Shown in pieces: positions 21,589-30,573 of a stretch of DNA of 64,000 nt. The notes below the pieces were generated by a model that saw only the letters and a list, made by a program, of their open reading frames with translations, was not told the origin of the DNA and did not search any database. Source of the stretch: Alphaproteobacteria bacterium. Its GTDB lineage: Bacteria; Pseudomonadota; Alphaproteobacteria; SP197. Location of the stretch: the NCBI GenBank assembly GCA_009694045.1, contig SHVY01000007.1:1786-65785 (forward strand), written 5' to 3'. The stretch's first letter is position 1. Each line of letters opens with the position of its first letter. A program made the position numbers and the translations under genes.

Positions 21589-22170
21589 GTGATGACTGCG
21601 TCCCGTGCCTACAACCCGCGCTACATCCCGCCGTTGGAGCGGACGGTTCGCCCGCCCGGGGTCTGCGCCTGGCCGGGGTGCGCCGGGGTCGCTAATTACC
21701 CGGCGCCGCGGTCGCCCAACGACCTGCGCGACTATCTGCATTTCTGCCTCGACCACGTTCGCGCCTACAACTCCGGTTGGAACTTCTTCGCCGGCATGTC
21801 GGGGGACGAGATCGACGCGTTCCGCCACGAGGACATCACCGGCCATCGGCCGACCTGGCGGATCGGTCCGCAACCCGACATCGCCTATCTGCGCCGCAAA
21901 TCCTGCGACCCCTTCGGCTTCATGGGTGGCGGGCCGGGCGGCGGCGAACGCCCGGCGCAGCGGCCCTCCGCCGACGAACGGAACGCGCTCGAAACCATGG
22001 GCTTCGAGGCGCCGGTTCCGCCGGCGGAGTTGAAGGCCCGGTTCAAGGCCCTGGTGAAGCGCTTCCACCCCGACGCCAACGGCGGCGACGAACGCGCCGG
22101 AGAGCGTCTGCGCCTGATCATCCACGCCTACCGATTGCTCGTCGGCCGCAAGCGCGAAACCGAGGATTGA
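21589..22170 (+). CDS. J-domain (DnaJ-like) protein, divergent from bolA
   Basis: 193 aa with a C-terminal J domain containing the HPD tripeptide (KRFHPDANGGDERAGERL). The N-terminal region has conserved Cys/His residues (CAWPGC...HFCLDH). Confidence 0.75.
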   Translation: MMTASRAYNPRYIPPLERTVRPPGVCAWPGCAGVANYPAPRSPNDLRDYLHFCLDHVRAYNSGWNFFAGMSGDEIDAFRHEDITGHRPTWRIGPQPDIAYLRRKSCDPFGFMGGGPGGGERPAQRPSADERNALETMGFEAPVPPAELKARFKALVKRFHPDANGGDERAGERLRLIIHAYRLLVGRKRETED

Positions 22171-22186
22171 GCCAGCGCCCCGGCTT

Positions 22187-22228
22187 CCCTTGGCCTTGGC
22201 CTTGGCCTTGGCCTTGGCCTTGGCCTTG
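22187..22228. repeat. Hexanucleotide microsatellite (CCTTGG/GGCCTT)x6 plus one imperfect unit
   Basis: cc(ttggcc)n, read directly from 22187-22228. Intergenic, about 100 nt upstream of the cobS start. Confidence 0.85.
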
Positions 22229-22325
22229 TCCCCTCCCCATGTGACGTGCTACGTGAGCACCGCGGTGGGAAAGGGCATCGACCCCATCCGTCTCCGTGCA
22301 TCGCCGTTCAGAAGAGCCCAGACCC

Positions 22326-23327
22326 ATGCCTGCTATCGCCCCCGCCGATCTCCCGCTCATGCCGCCGAACGGACCCGATCTCCGGGTCTCGATCCGACAG
22401 GTCTTCGGCATCGATCACGACATGGAGGCCCCGGCCTTCTCCACGGCGAGCGAACACGTGCCGCAGCTCGACGAGGCCTACCACTTCGACCACGAGACGA
22501 CCCTCGTGATCCTGGCAGGCTTCGCCTACAACCGCCGGGTCATGATCCAGGGCTATCACGGCACCGGCAAGTCGACCCACATCGAGCAGGTGGCGGCGCG
22601 GCTGAACTGGCCGTGCATCCGGGTCAACCTGGACAGCCACATCAGCCGCATCGACCTGGTGGGCAAGGACGCCATCGTGCTGCGCGACGGCAAGCAGGTG
22701 ACCGAATACCGCGAGGGCATCCTGCCCTGGTGCCTGCAGAATCCGACGGCCCTGGTGTTCGACGAATACGACGCCGGCCGCCCCGACGTGATGTTCGTCA
22801 TCCAGCGGGTGCTCGAGGTCCAGGGCAAGATGACCCTGCTCGACCAGAACAAGGTGATCCGCCCCCACCCGGCGTTCCGCCTGTTCTCGACCACCAACAC
22901 CATCGGGCTCGGCGACACCACGGGCCTCTACCACGGCACCCAGCAGATCAACCAGGGCCAGATGGATCGTTGGAACATCGTGGCGACGCTCAACTACCTG
23001 CCGCACGACGACGAGATGAAGATCGTCATGGCCAAGACCCCCGAGTACGACACTGCCGAGGGCCGCAAGATCATCTCGTCCATGGTGGCCGTGGCGGAGC
23101 TGTCGCGCTCCGGCTTCATGAACGGCGATATCTCGACGGTGATGTCGCCCCGCACCGTCATCACCTGGGCCGAGAACGCGCGGATCTTCAGCGACGTGGG
23201 CTTCGCGTTCCGCGCCACGTTCCTGAACAAGTGCGACGAGGTCGAACGCTCGACCGTGGCCGAATACTACCAACGCTGCTTCGGCAAGGAGCTTCCCGAG
23301 TCCGTGGCCGGGATCAAGCGGCAGTAG
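22326..23327 (+). CDS. cobS: Aerobic cobaltochelatase subunit CobS (MoxR-like AAA+ ATPase)
   Basis: The segment [20 protein letters not shown] matches the CobS N-terminus, and GYHGTGKST is the Walker A motif. Start taken at ATG 22326 (the ORF track starts at 22296). The TAG stop is part of the second CTAG-type element. Confidence 0.85.
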   Translation: MPAIAPADLPLMPPNGPDLRVSIRQVFGIDHDMEAPAFSTASEHVPQLDEAYHFDHETTLVILAGFAYNRRVMIQGYHGTGKSTHIEQVAARLNWPCIRVNLDSHISRIDLVGKDAIVLRDGKQVTEYREGILPWCLQNPTALVFDEYDAGRPDVMFVIQRVLEVQGKMTLLDQNKVIRPHPAFRLFSTTNTIGLGDTTGLYHGTQQINQGQMDRWNIVATLNYLPHDDEMKIVMAKTPEYDTAEGRKIISSMVAVAELSRSGFMNGDISTVMSPRTVITWAENARIFSDVGFAFRATFLNKCDEVERSTVAEYYQRCFGKELPESVAGIKRQ

Positions 23328-23385
23328 TGGTCCGACACAAACCCATGAGTCTCGATCGTCGGGTTTGGAGCGGACCGCGGGGTTC
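23325..23385. repeat. CTAG-bounded palindromic element, copy 2 (right arm degenerate)
   Basis: TAGTGGTCCGACACAAacccatgagtctcgatcgtcgggtttggaGCGGACCgcgggg shares the first 16 nt with copy 1 at 3597-3612. Located between cobS and cobT. Confidence 0.5.
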
Positions 23386-23438
23386 GGCCCGACGGATCGG
23401 GCACGATCCGTCGGAGTCAAAGCGCTAGGGAGCCGGGC

Positions 23439-25313
23439 TTGGCCGAAGCGGAGAGCCGAAGCGACGCGTTTCGCCGGGTGCTCGCGGCCGCCACCCGGGC
23501 GATCGCCGCCGACCCGGCGACCGAGGTGGCCTTCGTCGCCGGCGATCCGGCCCTCGCCGGGGTCCAGGTTCGCCTGCGCGTGCCCCCCTCGCCCCTGGAC
23601 GTGTCCGACATCGCCCTCTTGCGCGGCGAGGCCGATGCGTTGGCGTTGCGCATCCGCCATCACAATCCCGTCACCCACGCGCGCCGCCAGCCGAAGGGCG
23701 AGGTCGCCCGCGCCATCTTCGACGCGGTGGAACAGGCGCGGGTCGAGGCCCTGGGCGCCCGGCTGATGTCCGGCGTCGCCGCCAACCTGTCGGCCGCGCT
23801 CGAGACCCAATGTCGCGCGAAGGGGCTCGATCGCGCCAAGACCATCGACAACGCGAGCCTTCCCGACGTCGTCCGCCTGCTCGCACGCGAACATCTGACC
23901 GGCGCGCCGCCGCCGGATGCCGCGCGGGCTCTGGTCGACGTCTGCCGGCCATGGATCGAGGGCAAGGCCGCGCGCCGCTTCGCCGAGCTCGATCGGCTCG
24001 CCGGGGATCAGGACGCCTACGGCCGCGCCACCCGCGAGCTGCTGGCCGATCTCAACCTGCTCGACAAGGAGATGGAGGGGCCGGATCAGACCGACGCCCA
24101 GTCGGCGGACCAGCAGAGCGAACAGGGCGAAAGCCAGGGCGAGGGCGAAGGCGAGCAGAGCCAGTCCGCGACCGACGACAGCGCCGATTCGACCAGCACC
24201 GAGGGCGACAGCGGCGAGGACGGCGACGAGGCCCAGGCCAGCGAAGCGGACGACGATCAGATGGCCACGGGCGGGGCCGAGGACGCCGAAACCGCCGGCA
24301 AGGTGCGCTACCCGCATGGGCGCGGCGACAACCGGCCGAAGCAGCCGGCGTACCGCGCCTACACCCAGCAGTTCGACGAAACCACCAAGGCCGAGGATAT
24401 GTGCGATGCCCTGGAGCTCGGCCGCCTGCGCGCCCAGCTCGATCAGCAGCTCGTCCATCTCAAGGGCGTCACCTCGAAGCTCGCGAACCGCCTGCAACGG
24501 CGCCTGATGGCGCAACAGACGCGGTCCTGGGAATTCGATCTGGACGAAGGCCTGCTCGATACCGCGCGGCTGTCCCGGATCGTGGTCAACCCGGAGCTGC
24601 CGCTGTCGTTCAAGCGCGAACGCGAAACCGACTTCCGCGACACGATCGTCACGCTGCTGATCGACAACTCGGGCTCGATGCGCGGCCGCCCGATCAGCGT
24701 GGCGGCGATGAGCGCCGACATCCTGGCCCGCACCCTCGAACGCTGCGGGGTCAAGGTCGAGATCCTGGGCTTCACCACCCGCACCTGGAAGGGTGGCCGC
24801 TCGCGCGAACACTGGCTCGCCAACGGCAAGGCGCAATCCCCTGGGCGCCTGAACGACCTGCGCCACATCATCTACAAGCCGGCCGACGCGCCCTGGCGCC
24901 GGACCCGCAAGAACCTCGGCCTCATGCTGCGCGAAGGCCTGCTCAAGGAGAACATCGACGGCGAGGCCCTGCTATGGGCGCACCAGCGGCTGATCGCCCG
25001 GACCGAGCAGCGGCGCATCCTGATGGTCATCTCGGACGGCGCGCCGGTCGACGATTCGACGCTGTCGGTGAACCCCGGGAACTATCTGGAGCGGCACCTG
25101 CGGGAGGTCATCGCCTGGATCGAGGCGGTCTCGCCGGTCCAGCTCATCGCCATCGGCATCGGCCACGACGTGACGCGGTACTATCGCCGCGCCGTCACCA
25201 TCGTCGATGCCGAACAGCTCGGCGGCATCATGCTGGACGAGCTCGCGTCCCTGTTCGAGAACGAGGAGGTCGCCCGCGCCCACCAGGTCGGGCGCCGGAG
25301 CACCGCCCACTGA
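23439..25313 (+). CDS. cobT: Cobaltochelatase subunit CobT (vWA domain protein)
   Basis: 624 aa with an acidic low-complexity linker ([20 protein letters not shown]...DDDQ) and a C-terminal vWA domain with a MIDAS-type motif ([11 protein letters not shown]). The cobS-cobT order is canonical. Confidence 0.85.
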   Translation: MAEAESRSDAFRRVLAAATRAIAADPATEVAFVAGDPALAGVQVRLRVPPSPLDVSDIALLRGEADALALRIRHHNPVTHARRQPKGEVARAIFDAVEQARVEALGARLMSGVAANLSAALETQCRAKGLDRAKTIDNASLPDVVRLLAREHLTGAPPPDAARALVDVCRPWIEGKAARRFAELDRLAGDQDAYGRATRELLADLNLLDKEMEGPDQTDAQSADQQSEQGESQGEGEGEQSQSATDDSADSTSTEGDSGEDGDEAQASEADDDQMATGGAEDAETAGKVRYPHGRGDNRPKQPAYRAYTQQFDETTKAEDMCDALELGRLRAQLDQQLVHLKGVTSKLANRLQRRLMAQQTRSWEFDLDEGLLDTARLSRIVVNPELPLSFKRERETDFRDTIVTLLIDNSGSMRGRPISVAAMSADILARTLERCGVKVEILGFTTRTWKGGRSREHWLANGKAQSPGRLNDLRHIIYKPADAPWRRTRKNLGLMLREGLLKENIDGEALLWAHQRLIARTEQRRILMVISDGAPVDDSTLSVNPGNYLERHLREVIAWIEAVSPVQLIAIGIGHDVTRYYRRAVTIVDAEQLGGIMLDELASLFENEEVARAHQVGRRSTAH

Positions 25314-25320
25314 CGGCCGC

Positions 25321-25926
25321 TCACACCTCGGATCGCGCCTTGCCGACCAGGTCCCGCAGGGTGTCGAGGGACACGGCGCCCGGGATCACGGCCTGGCCCA
25401 CCACGAAGCCGGGCGTCCCGGTCAGGCCCAGCGCCGACGCCAGCTCGTCGTTCCGCGCCAGCATGGCGGTGACCCGGTCCGAATCGCGATCGGCCTCGTA
25501 CCGGGCCATGTCCAGGCCGAGGTCCCGGGCCAGCTCCGACAACCCGTCGCGCCCGGCTTGAACCTCGCCCTGCATCAATCGCCAGTGAACGGCCGCGTAT
25601 TGCCCTTGCAGGTGCGCGGCCAGGGCGCCACGCGCCGCCTCCACGGACTTCGCGCCCAGGATCGGCCATTCCTTCATCACCAGGCGCACCCCGGAATCCT
25701 CGGCTGCGAGGGTGTCCAGGTCGGCGGCGGACCGGCGGCAGTACGGGCAGCGGTAGTCGAAGAACTCGACCACGGCCACGTCGCCGTTCGGATTGCCGAG
25801 GATGGGCGTATCCGGATCATGGAACAGTGCCGCCGTCATGGCGTCCTCGCCCTCGGCCCGGACGATGGGCGGGCGGGCGACGACCAGCGCCGCGGCGATC
25901 CCCAGGACATGGCGTCGGTGCATCAT
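25321..25926 (-). CDS. DsbA-family thiol:disulfide oxidoreductase (periplasmic)
   Basis: 201 aa with a signal-peptide-like N-terminus and the thioredoxin active site CPYC (FFDYRCPYCRR). Confidence 0.8.
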   Translation of the reverse strand: MMHRRHVLGIAAALVVARPPIVRAEGEDAMTAALFHDPDTPILGNPNGDVAVVEFFDYRCPYCRRSAADLDTLAAEDSGVRLVMKEWPILGAKSVEAARGALAAHLQGQYAAVHWRLMQGEVQAGRDGLSELARDLGLDMARYEADRDSDRVTAMLARNDELASALGLTGTPGFVVGQAVIPGAVSLDTLRDLVGKARSEV

Positions 25927-25941
25927 GATCGGATCCCGCTG

Positions 25942-26721
25942 CTACAGATTGGCGCCGAGGAACGCGAGCGTCCGTTCCCACGCCAGGTTGGCGTCGGCGC
26001 CGTCGTAGCGGCCGCCGGTCGGGTTGGCGAAGGCGTGGTCGGCCTCGTACCAATGAATCTCGGCGGATTTCCCGGCTGCGGCCGTGGCCTGGGTGAAGCC
26101 GTCCACCATCGCCTGGTTGATCCATTGGTCCTGGGTGGCGAAGTGGCCCTGCACCGGTCCGGCGAGGGGCGCCAACTCGGCCGCGGTCTTGGCGACGTTT
26201 CCGTAGTAGATGACCGTCGCGTCGACCGGCCGCGCGAGGCCCGCCTGCAACGACCAGCCGCCGCCGAAGCGCCAGCCGACGGTCCCGACCTTGCCCGTGC
26301 AGTCCGGCTGGCCGCGCAGCCAATCGATCCAGGCCACGAGGGTCTCGGTCGCGACCGCCGGATCGACGGCGCCCATCAAGGCCTTCGCCGCGTCGGGCGT
26401 GGTCGCCACCCCGCCGCCGTAGAGATCGACGGCGAGCGCCAGGTAGCCCGCGTCGGCCAGGGTGGCGGCGACCGCCTTGATCTGGTCGTTGAGGCCCCAC
26501 CATTCGTGGATCAGCACAACCGTCGCGGCCGGACGACCGAGGGCGGCGGCGACGTCATGGCCCCCCGCCGTCGTGATCGCCACGTCCTCGAGGGTCGCCC
26601 CGGCGGCCCCGGCGCGGCGCGGGTCCAGGAGAACCGCGGCCAGGGGTCGAGCGAGCGTCGATGACAGAGTCACGGGCCATCTCCTTGCGGTTGGCGCCAG
26701 TCTACCGGGTCCTGGTTGCAT
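25942..26721 (-). CDS. Dienelactone hydrolase family protein
   Basis: Alpha/beta-hydrolase with a nucleophile-elbow-like GWRFGG (G-x-nucleophile-x-G position). A GTG start around VTLSS is possible, which would shorten the product. Confidence 0.7.
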   Translation of the reverse strand: MQPGPGRLAPTARRWPVTLSSTLARPLAAVLLDPRRAGAAGATLEDVAITTAGGHDVAAALGRPAATVVLIHEWWGLNDQIKAVAATLADAGYLALAVDLYGGGVATTPDAAKALMGAVDPAVATETLVAWIDWLRGQPDCTGKVGTVGWRFGGGWSLQAGLARPVDATVIYYGNVAKTAAELAPLAGPVQGHFATQDQWINQAMVDGFTQATAAAGKSAEIHWYEADHAFANPTGGRYDGADANLAWERTLAFLGANL

Positions 26722-27679
26722 GAGGCAGGGTCATCGCGCGGCTATCACGGGGTTGTTATGGGCGCTTGTGGCCGGTCCGCTGCTGGCCGACGACGCCTTC
26801 GACGCGCGCCGGATACCGCTCGATCCGCGCGATGTCGCGGCGCGGACGGTCGGCTCCCTCACGTTTCTCGCCGGATTCCAGCTCGATGGCATCGCGCCTG
26901 GCTTCGGTGGCCTTTCCAGCCTCGCGATCGAACCCGACGGCGGCAGCCTGATCGCGGTCGGCGACCGCGGGATCTGGGTCGAGATCGCCCTGCAGCACGA
27001 CGCCGACGGCCGCTTGACCGGACTGGGTCGGGCCTCGCTCCACCGCCTCCTCGGGGCCGACGGCGCGCCGCTGTCCACCGCCGACCGCGACGCCGAGGGA
27101 CTGACGCGCCTGGCCGACGGCGGCTATGCGGTGAGCTTCGAGCATCGCCACCGGATCGACCTCTACCCCCAGGGCCTGGGCGGTCCGGCGCGACTCTTCG
27201 TGCCGCAAGGCGCCCTGCCGCGGATGCTCGCCAACGAAGGCCTGGAGGCGATCGCCGCCCTGCCCGATGGCCGGCTCGTGGCCCTGGTCGAGGCCGCCAC
27301 GACCACGGGTCTGCACGCCGGCTATGTGATCGCCCCGGACGGCACCCTGGCGGGGTTCCCCTATCAGACCCAGCCGGACTTCAAGCCGACCGACCTTGCC
27401 CGGTTGCCGGACGGCGATCTCCTGGTGCTGGAACGGAGCGCATCGCTGGTGTTCGGGTTCGCGGCGCGGTTGGTGAGGGTATCTTTCGCATTATTCCGGC
27501 CAGGCTCGGTCCTCATCGGCACCGAACTCGGGGTCGTGAGGCCGCCAAACAACGTCGATAACTTCGAGGGACTGGCCGTGCGCGCCGATGCGGCCGGCGG
27601 GACCCTGGTCTACATCCTCTCCGACGACAATTTTAATCCACTGCAACGGACCTTGTTGCTGCAGTTCCGTTTGGACTAA
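26720..27679 (+). CDS. Secreted beta-propeller protein of the 'esterase-like activity of phytase' family (Pfam PF13449-like)
   Basis: Start taken at the ATG at 26720 (MRQGHRAAITGLLWALVAGPLLA, signal peptide), followed by repeated hydrophobic-Gly-Asp beta-strand motifs. The ORF track's upstream extension is Arg-rich. Confidence 0.55.
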   Translation: MRQGHRAAITGLLWALVAGPLLADDAFDARRIPLDPRDVAARTVGSLTFLAGFQLDGIAPGFGGLSSLAIEPDGGSLIAVGDRGIWVEIALQHDADGRLTGLGRASLHRLLGADGAPLSTADRDAEGLTRLADGGYAVSFEHRHRIDLYPQGLGGPARLFVPQGALPRMLANEGLEAIAALPDGRLVALVEAATTTGLHAGYVIAPDGTLAGFPYQTQPDFKPTDLARLPDGDLLVLERSASLVFGFAARLVRVSFALFRPGSVLIGTELGVVRPPNNVDNFEGLAVRADAAGGTLVYILSDDNFNPLQRTLLLQFRLD

Positions 27680-28175
27680 ACCAGCCCATCAAGGCCCGAT
27701 AAGGCGCCAAACAGGCCAGCGCCGTGACGATCTTGACCCCGTAATCGCCCACCGCCCAGGTGACCCAGGGCAGCCCGGTCGCCGCGAAGGCCAACCCGAA
27801 GAACAGCGCCGTATCCACGCCCGAGGACAGGAACGTCGAGACCAGCGGCGCCCGCCACCAAACCTGCCGCCGCAGCCGGTCGAACACCCAGACGTCCAGG
27901 AGCTGTCCGCCGAGGAACGCGAGGCCCGAGGCGAGCCCGATCCGCCAACCGGCGAGGTAGATCGACAGCGCGGCGCCATAGGCGAAGCCGACCACCACCA
28001 CCCGGCGCGCGGCGGCCGGGCCGAACGCCCGATTGGTCAGGTCGGTGACGAGAAAGCAGAGCGGAAAGGTGAACGCGGCCCAGGTGAGCCAATCGTTGAT
28101 CGGGTACTGGACGACGACATTCGACACCACGATGAGGGCGACCATGGCCGCCATCGGCACCCAGAGCGGGCGCAT
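27633..28175 (-). CDS. Queuosine-precursor transporter (YhhQ/DUF165, VUT family) candidate
   Basis: 180 aa, polytopic membrane protein with conserved aromatic residues. Assignment by family-level resemblance only. 47-nt convergent overlap with the preceding gene. Confidence 0.5.
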   Translation of the reverse strand: MRPLWVPMAAMVALIVVSNVVVQYPINDWLTWAAFTFPLCFLVTDLTNRAFGPAAARRVVVVGFAYGAALSIYLAGWRIGLASGLAFLGGQLLDVWVFDRLRRQVWWRAPLVSTFLSSGVDTALFFGLAFAATGLPWVTWAVGDYGVKIVTALACLAPYRALMGWFSPNGTAATRSVAVD

Positions 28176-28200
28176 CTCCCGCGGGGCCGTGCCCTGGGAC

Positions 28201-28491
28201 TCAGCCCACCGCCGCGAGGCGGCGCTGGATGCGGCGCTTGAGTCGGAGAATCTCGGGCGTCAGTTCGCGGTTACGGGCGCGCAGAAGGAAGGCGTCCAGG
28301 CCGCCCGTACGATCGACCGTGGACATGGCACGGGGCGTCAGCCGCAGGCTGATGGACTGGCCCAACGCGTCCGAAAGCAGGGACACGGGCTGGAGATTCG
28401 GCAGGAATCGCCGCCGACTGCGGTTCTTGGCGTGGCTTACGTTGTTGCCCGCCAGAACGCCGGTACCGGTCAGATCGCAGCGCCGAGACAT
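28201..28491 (-). CDS. rpmB: 50S ribosomal protein L28
   Basis: MSRRCDLTGTGVLAGNNVSHAKNRSRRRFLPNLQ is the canonical L28 N-terminus; 96 aa. Confidence 0.85.
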   Translation of the reverse strand: MSRRCDLTGTGVLAGNNVSHAKNRSRRRFLPNLQPVSLLSDALGQSISLRLTPRAMSTVDRTGGLDAFLLRARNRELTPEILRLKRRIQRRLAAVG

Positions 28492-28579
28492 GGCATTCGT
28501 TCCTTGGCTGTTCGCGCCCGTGTGAGCGGCAAGCGGGCTGTGTAGGCCGGGAGCCCGCCCCAGGTCAAGCCCCGCCTGC

Positions 28580-28951
28580 TCAGGGATGCAGCAGGAAATC
28601 CTCGTAGAACTCGCCGTAGTCGCAGGTCAACTCCTCGCCGTCGGCGATGTCCCGCGTGGCGATCGAGACCCAGGAGCTGTTCTCGGTGTTCGGCTCGGGG
28701 CTGTGATTCATGAACTTGCCGTTGTCGGCATCGAGCATCAGGTTGCCGCCGACCAACGGCGAGGGATAGGCATAGATTTTCAGGAACGCCTTGGCCGCCT
28801 CGGGCAGCGTGTCCACGTGGTGCAGCGGTATCACGATGTCGAACAGGGGTTCGAAACGCCAGACCACGGTCCCCTTGGCGATCCGCTCGGCGGCGAACAG
28901 CCCGCAGCCATGGATACTGCTGCGGCTGACGTGGGTGCGGACGAGCATCAT
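28580..28951 (-). CDS. SET-domain protein (putative protein-lysine methyltransferase)
   Basis: Start taken at MMLVRT. Motifs: GxG (HGCGLFA), NHSPEPN (NHSCxPN-like), and a C-terminal ELTCDYG (ELxxDY) post-SET-like element. Confidence 0.6.
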   Translation of the reverse strand: MMLVRTHVSRSSIHGCGLFAAERIAKGTVVWRFEPLFDIVIPLHHVDTLPEAAKAFLKIYAYPSPLVGGNLMLDADNGKFMNHSPEPNTENSSWVSIATRDIADGEELTCDYGEFYEDFLLHP

Positions 28952-29012
28952 GGCGGCGGGGCCCGAACGACGCGAGGGACGGCCGCTGTTCGTAGAGCAA
29001 TCGTGGTCCACG

Positions 29013-30011
29013 TCAAGGACGCTTTGACGTCCTCGCGAGAAAGGCCTCGATCAGGGCTCGAGCACCGGCCCGGGGAGCAAGCCGATCGGCGGCGACGGCC
29101 TCCTCGAGATCGCGGGCAAGGTCGGCGATGCGGCGGTCGGCCCGCAAGGACGCGACCAGCTCAGCGCGGACCTCGGACCACAGGCGCGCCTTGGCCTGGT
29201 CCCGGCGCCGCGCCGCCCGCTCGGGCGCGGTGACGGCGAAGAAGTCGCCCATCGCGGCGGCGATCTCGGCGATGCCCGCGTCCGCGAGAGCAGCACAGCG
29301 CAGCACCCGCGGTCGCCAGCGCCCGGTGGCGCGCAGGAGCGGCAGGGCAGCCGCGTAGTCGGCCGCGAGGCGGCCCGCCGCCGGGGCCAGATCGCCGTCG
29401 TCCTTGGTCACGACGATCAGGTCCGCAGTCTCGACGATGCCACGCTTGAGCCCCTGCAGCTCGTCGCCGCCACCCGGCGCAATCAGCAGCAGCACCATAT
29501 CGACGATGTCGGACACGGCGATCTCGGACTGGCCGACGCCGACCGTCTCGACGATCACCATGTCGAATCCCGCCGCTTCGACCAGCCTAATCACCTCGGC
29601 GGTTCGCCCAGCCACGCCACCGAGCATGCCGGCCGATGCCGTCGGGCGGATGAAGGCGGCCGGGGCCCGCGCCAGCCGTTCCATCCGGGTCTTGTCGCCG
29701 AGAATCGCCCCGCCCGACCGCGGACTGGACGGATCGATGGCGAGCACCGCCGGCCGGCGCCCCCGCGCGATCAGGAACAGTCCGAAGGCCTCGATGAAGG
29801 TGGATTTTCCGGCCCCCGGCGATCCCGAAACACCGATCCGGCGCACCTCGGGCACCGGGCCAAGGGCGGCGAACAGGGCCTCGATCGGGCTCTCGTCCTC
29901 GAGTCGCGTGGACTCGACCAGGGTGATGGCACGGGCCAGCGCCCGGCGATCGCCCGCCCGCACACGATCCGCAAGCCCCTGATGGTCCGTCGTCCCGCTA
30001 TCCTCGGACAT
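29013..30011 (-). CDS. meaB: Methylmalonyl-CoA mutase-associated GTPase MeaB (ArgK family)
   Basis: Walker A GVSGSPGAGKST, Mg/G2 region VLAIDPSSPRSGGAILGDKTRM, and VETVGVGQSE. Start taken at MSEDSG. Confidence 0.8.
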   Translation of the reverse strand: MSEDSGTTDHQGLADRVRAGDRRALARAITLVESTRLEDESPIEALFAALGPVPEVRRIGVSGSPGAGKSTFIEAFGLFLIARGRRPAVLAIDPSSPRSGGAILGDKTRMERLARAPAAFIRPTASAGMLGGVAGRTAEVIRLVEAAGFDMVIVETVGVGQSEIAVSDIVDMVLLLIAPGGGDELQGLKRGIVETADLIVVTKDDGDLAPAAGRLAADYAAALPLLRATGRWRPRVLRCAALADAGIAEIAAAMGDFFAVTAPERAARRRDQAKARLWSEVRAELVASLRADRRIADLARDLEEAVAADRLAPRAGARALIEAFLARTSKRP

Positions 30012-30072
30012 CGCCTTCGCCCACATCTGGCCGGCAAGTGTAGCGTGCCGTGGGCCGGGCCGAGCACCCTTC

Positions 30073-30567
30073 TTAGGCGCCCGCCAATGCCGCAACGGCC
30101 CTGTGCCGGCCGAGCAGCCGGGTTTCCTCCAGCGGCGTCAGGTTCTCGTCGATGACGGTCCGTGCGGCCCGGTCGGCGCCGTGGGAAAGCAGGAGCCCAA
30201 TCATGGTGTCGTCGTCGTGCGCCGCCGCCCAGTGCAGCGGCGTGTAGTTGTTCACGCCGCGTTGCTCCACGTCGGCCCCGCGCGCCAGCAGGAGTTCGAT
30301 CACCGCCGCACGGTCCGGCCGGTTGCTGGACAAGGCGGCGATCAGGGACGGGAACCCGGCGTGGTCGCCGTAGTTCGGATCGGCGCCCAGGTCGAGGAGG
30401 TCGCTAATGCCGGCAAAGGGGCTGTGGTAGATCGCGTATTCGAGGGGAACTTCGGCGATGCCCAGGGGATCGCGCACGTTGGGGAACCCGAAAGGATCGC
30501 CCGTCAGACGGCGAATCGCGGCGATGTCCCCCTCGCACATAGGCGTCGTGCATCGCCAAGCGATCAT
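30073..30567 (-). CDS. Ankyrin-repeat protein
   Basis: Repeated ankyrin consensus (TPLHWAAAHDDDTMIGLLLSHGAD; ELLLARGADVEQRG). Confidence 0.65.
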   Translation of the reverse strand: MIAWRCTTPMCEGDIAAIRRLTGDPFGFPNVRDPLGIAEVPLEYAIYHSPFAGISDLLDLGADPNYGDHAGFPSLIAALSSNRPDRAAVIELLLARGADVEQRGVNNYTPLHWAAAHDDDTMIGLLLSHGADRAARTVIDENLTPLEETRLLGRHRAVAALAGA

Positions 30568-30573
30568 CCATGC

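Noticed and set aside
22187-22228. Possible CRISPR array
   Set aside because: The units are 6 bp with no spacers. This is a simple microsatellite, not a repeat-spacer array, and there are no cas genes in the window.
22171-22325. Cobalamin riboswitch upstream of cobS
   Set aside because: Only about 155 nt of intergenic space, a third of it occupied by the hexamer repeat. I see no B12-box-like conserved core. cobST are frequently not riboswitch-controlled.
24100-24300. Acidic repeat region inside cobT as a tandem repeat feature
   Set aside because: This is the well-known low-complexity acidic linker of CobT proteins (Asp/Glu/Gln/Ser-rich), not a DNA-level tandem repeat of interest.
22308-24866. 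852-aa minus-strand ORF antisense to cobS/cobT
   Set aside because: Arg/Gly/Pro/Ala-rich with no motifs. It overlaps two well-supported plus-strand genes entirely, which is the typical open antisense frame of a high-GC genome. The same reasoning applies to 2685-4076(-), 4630-6213(-), 12444-14900(+), 17908-20100(+, the part upstream of 19222), 30103-32547(+), 46262-47269(-), 49367-50449(-) and 61568-63544(+).
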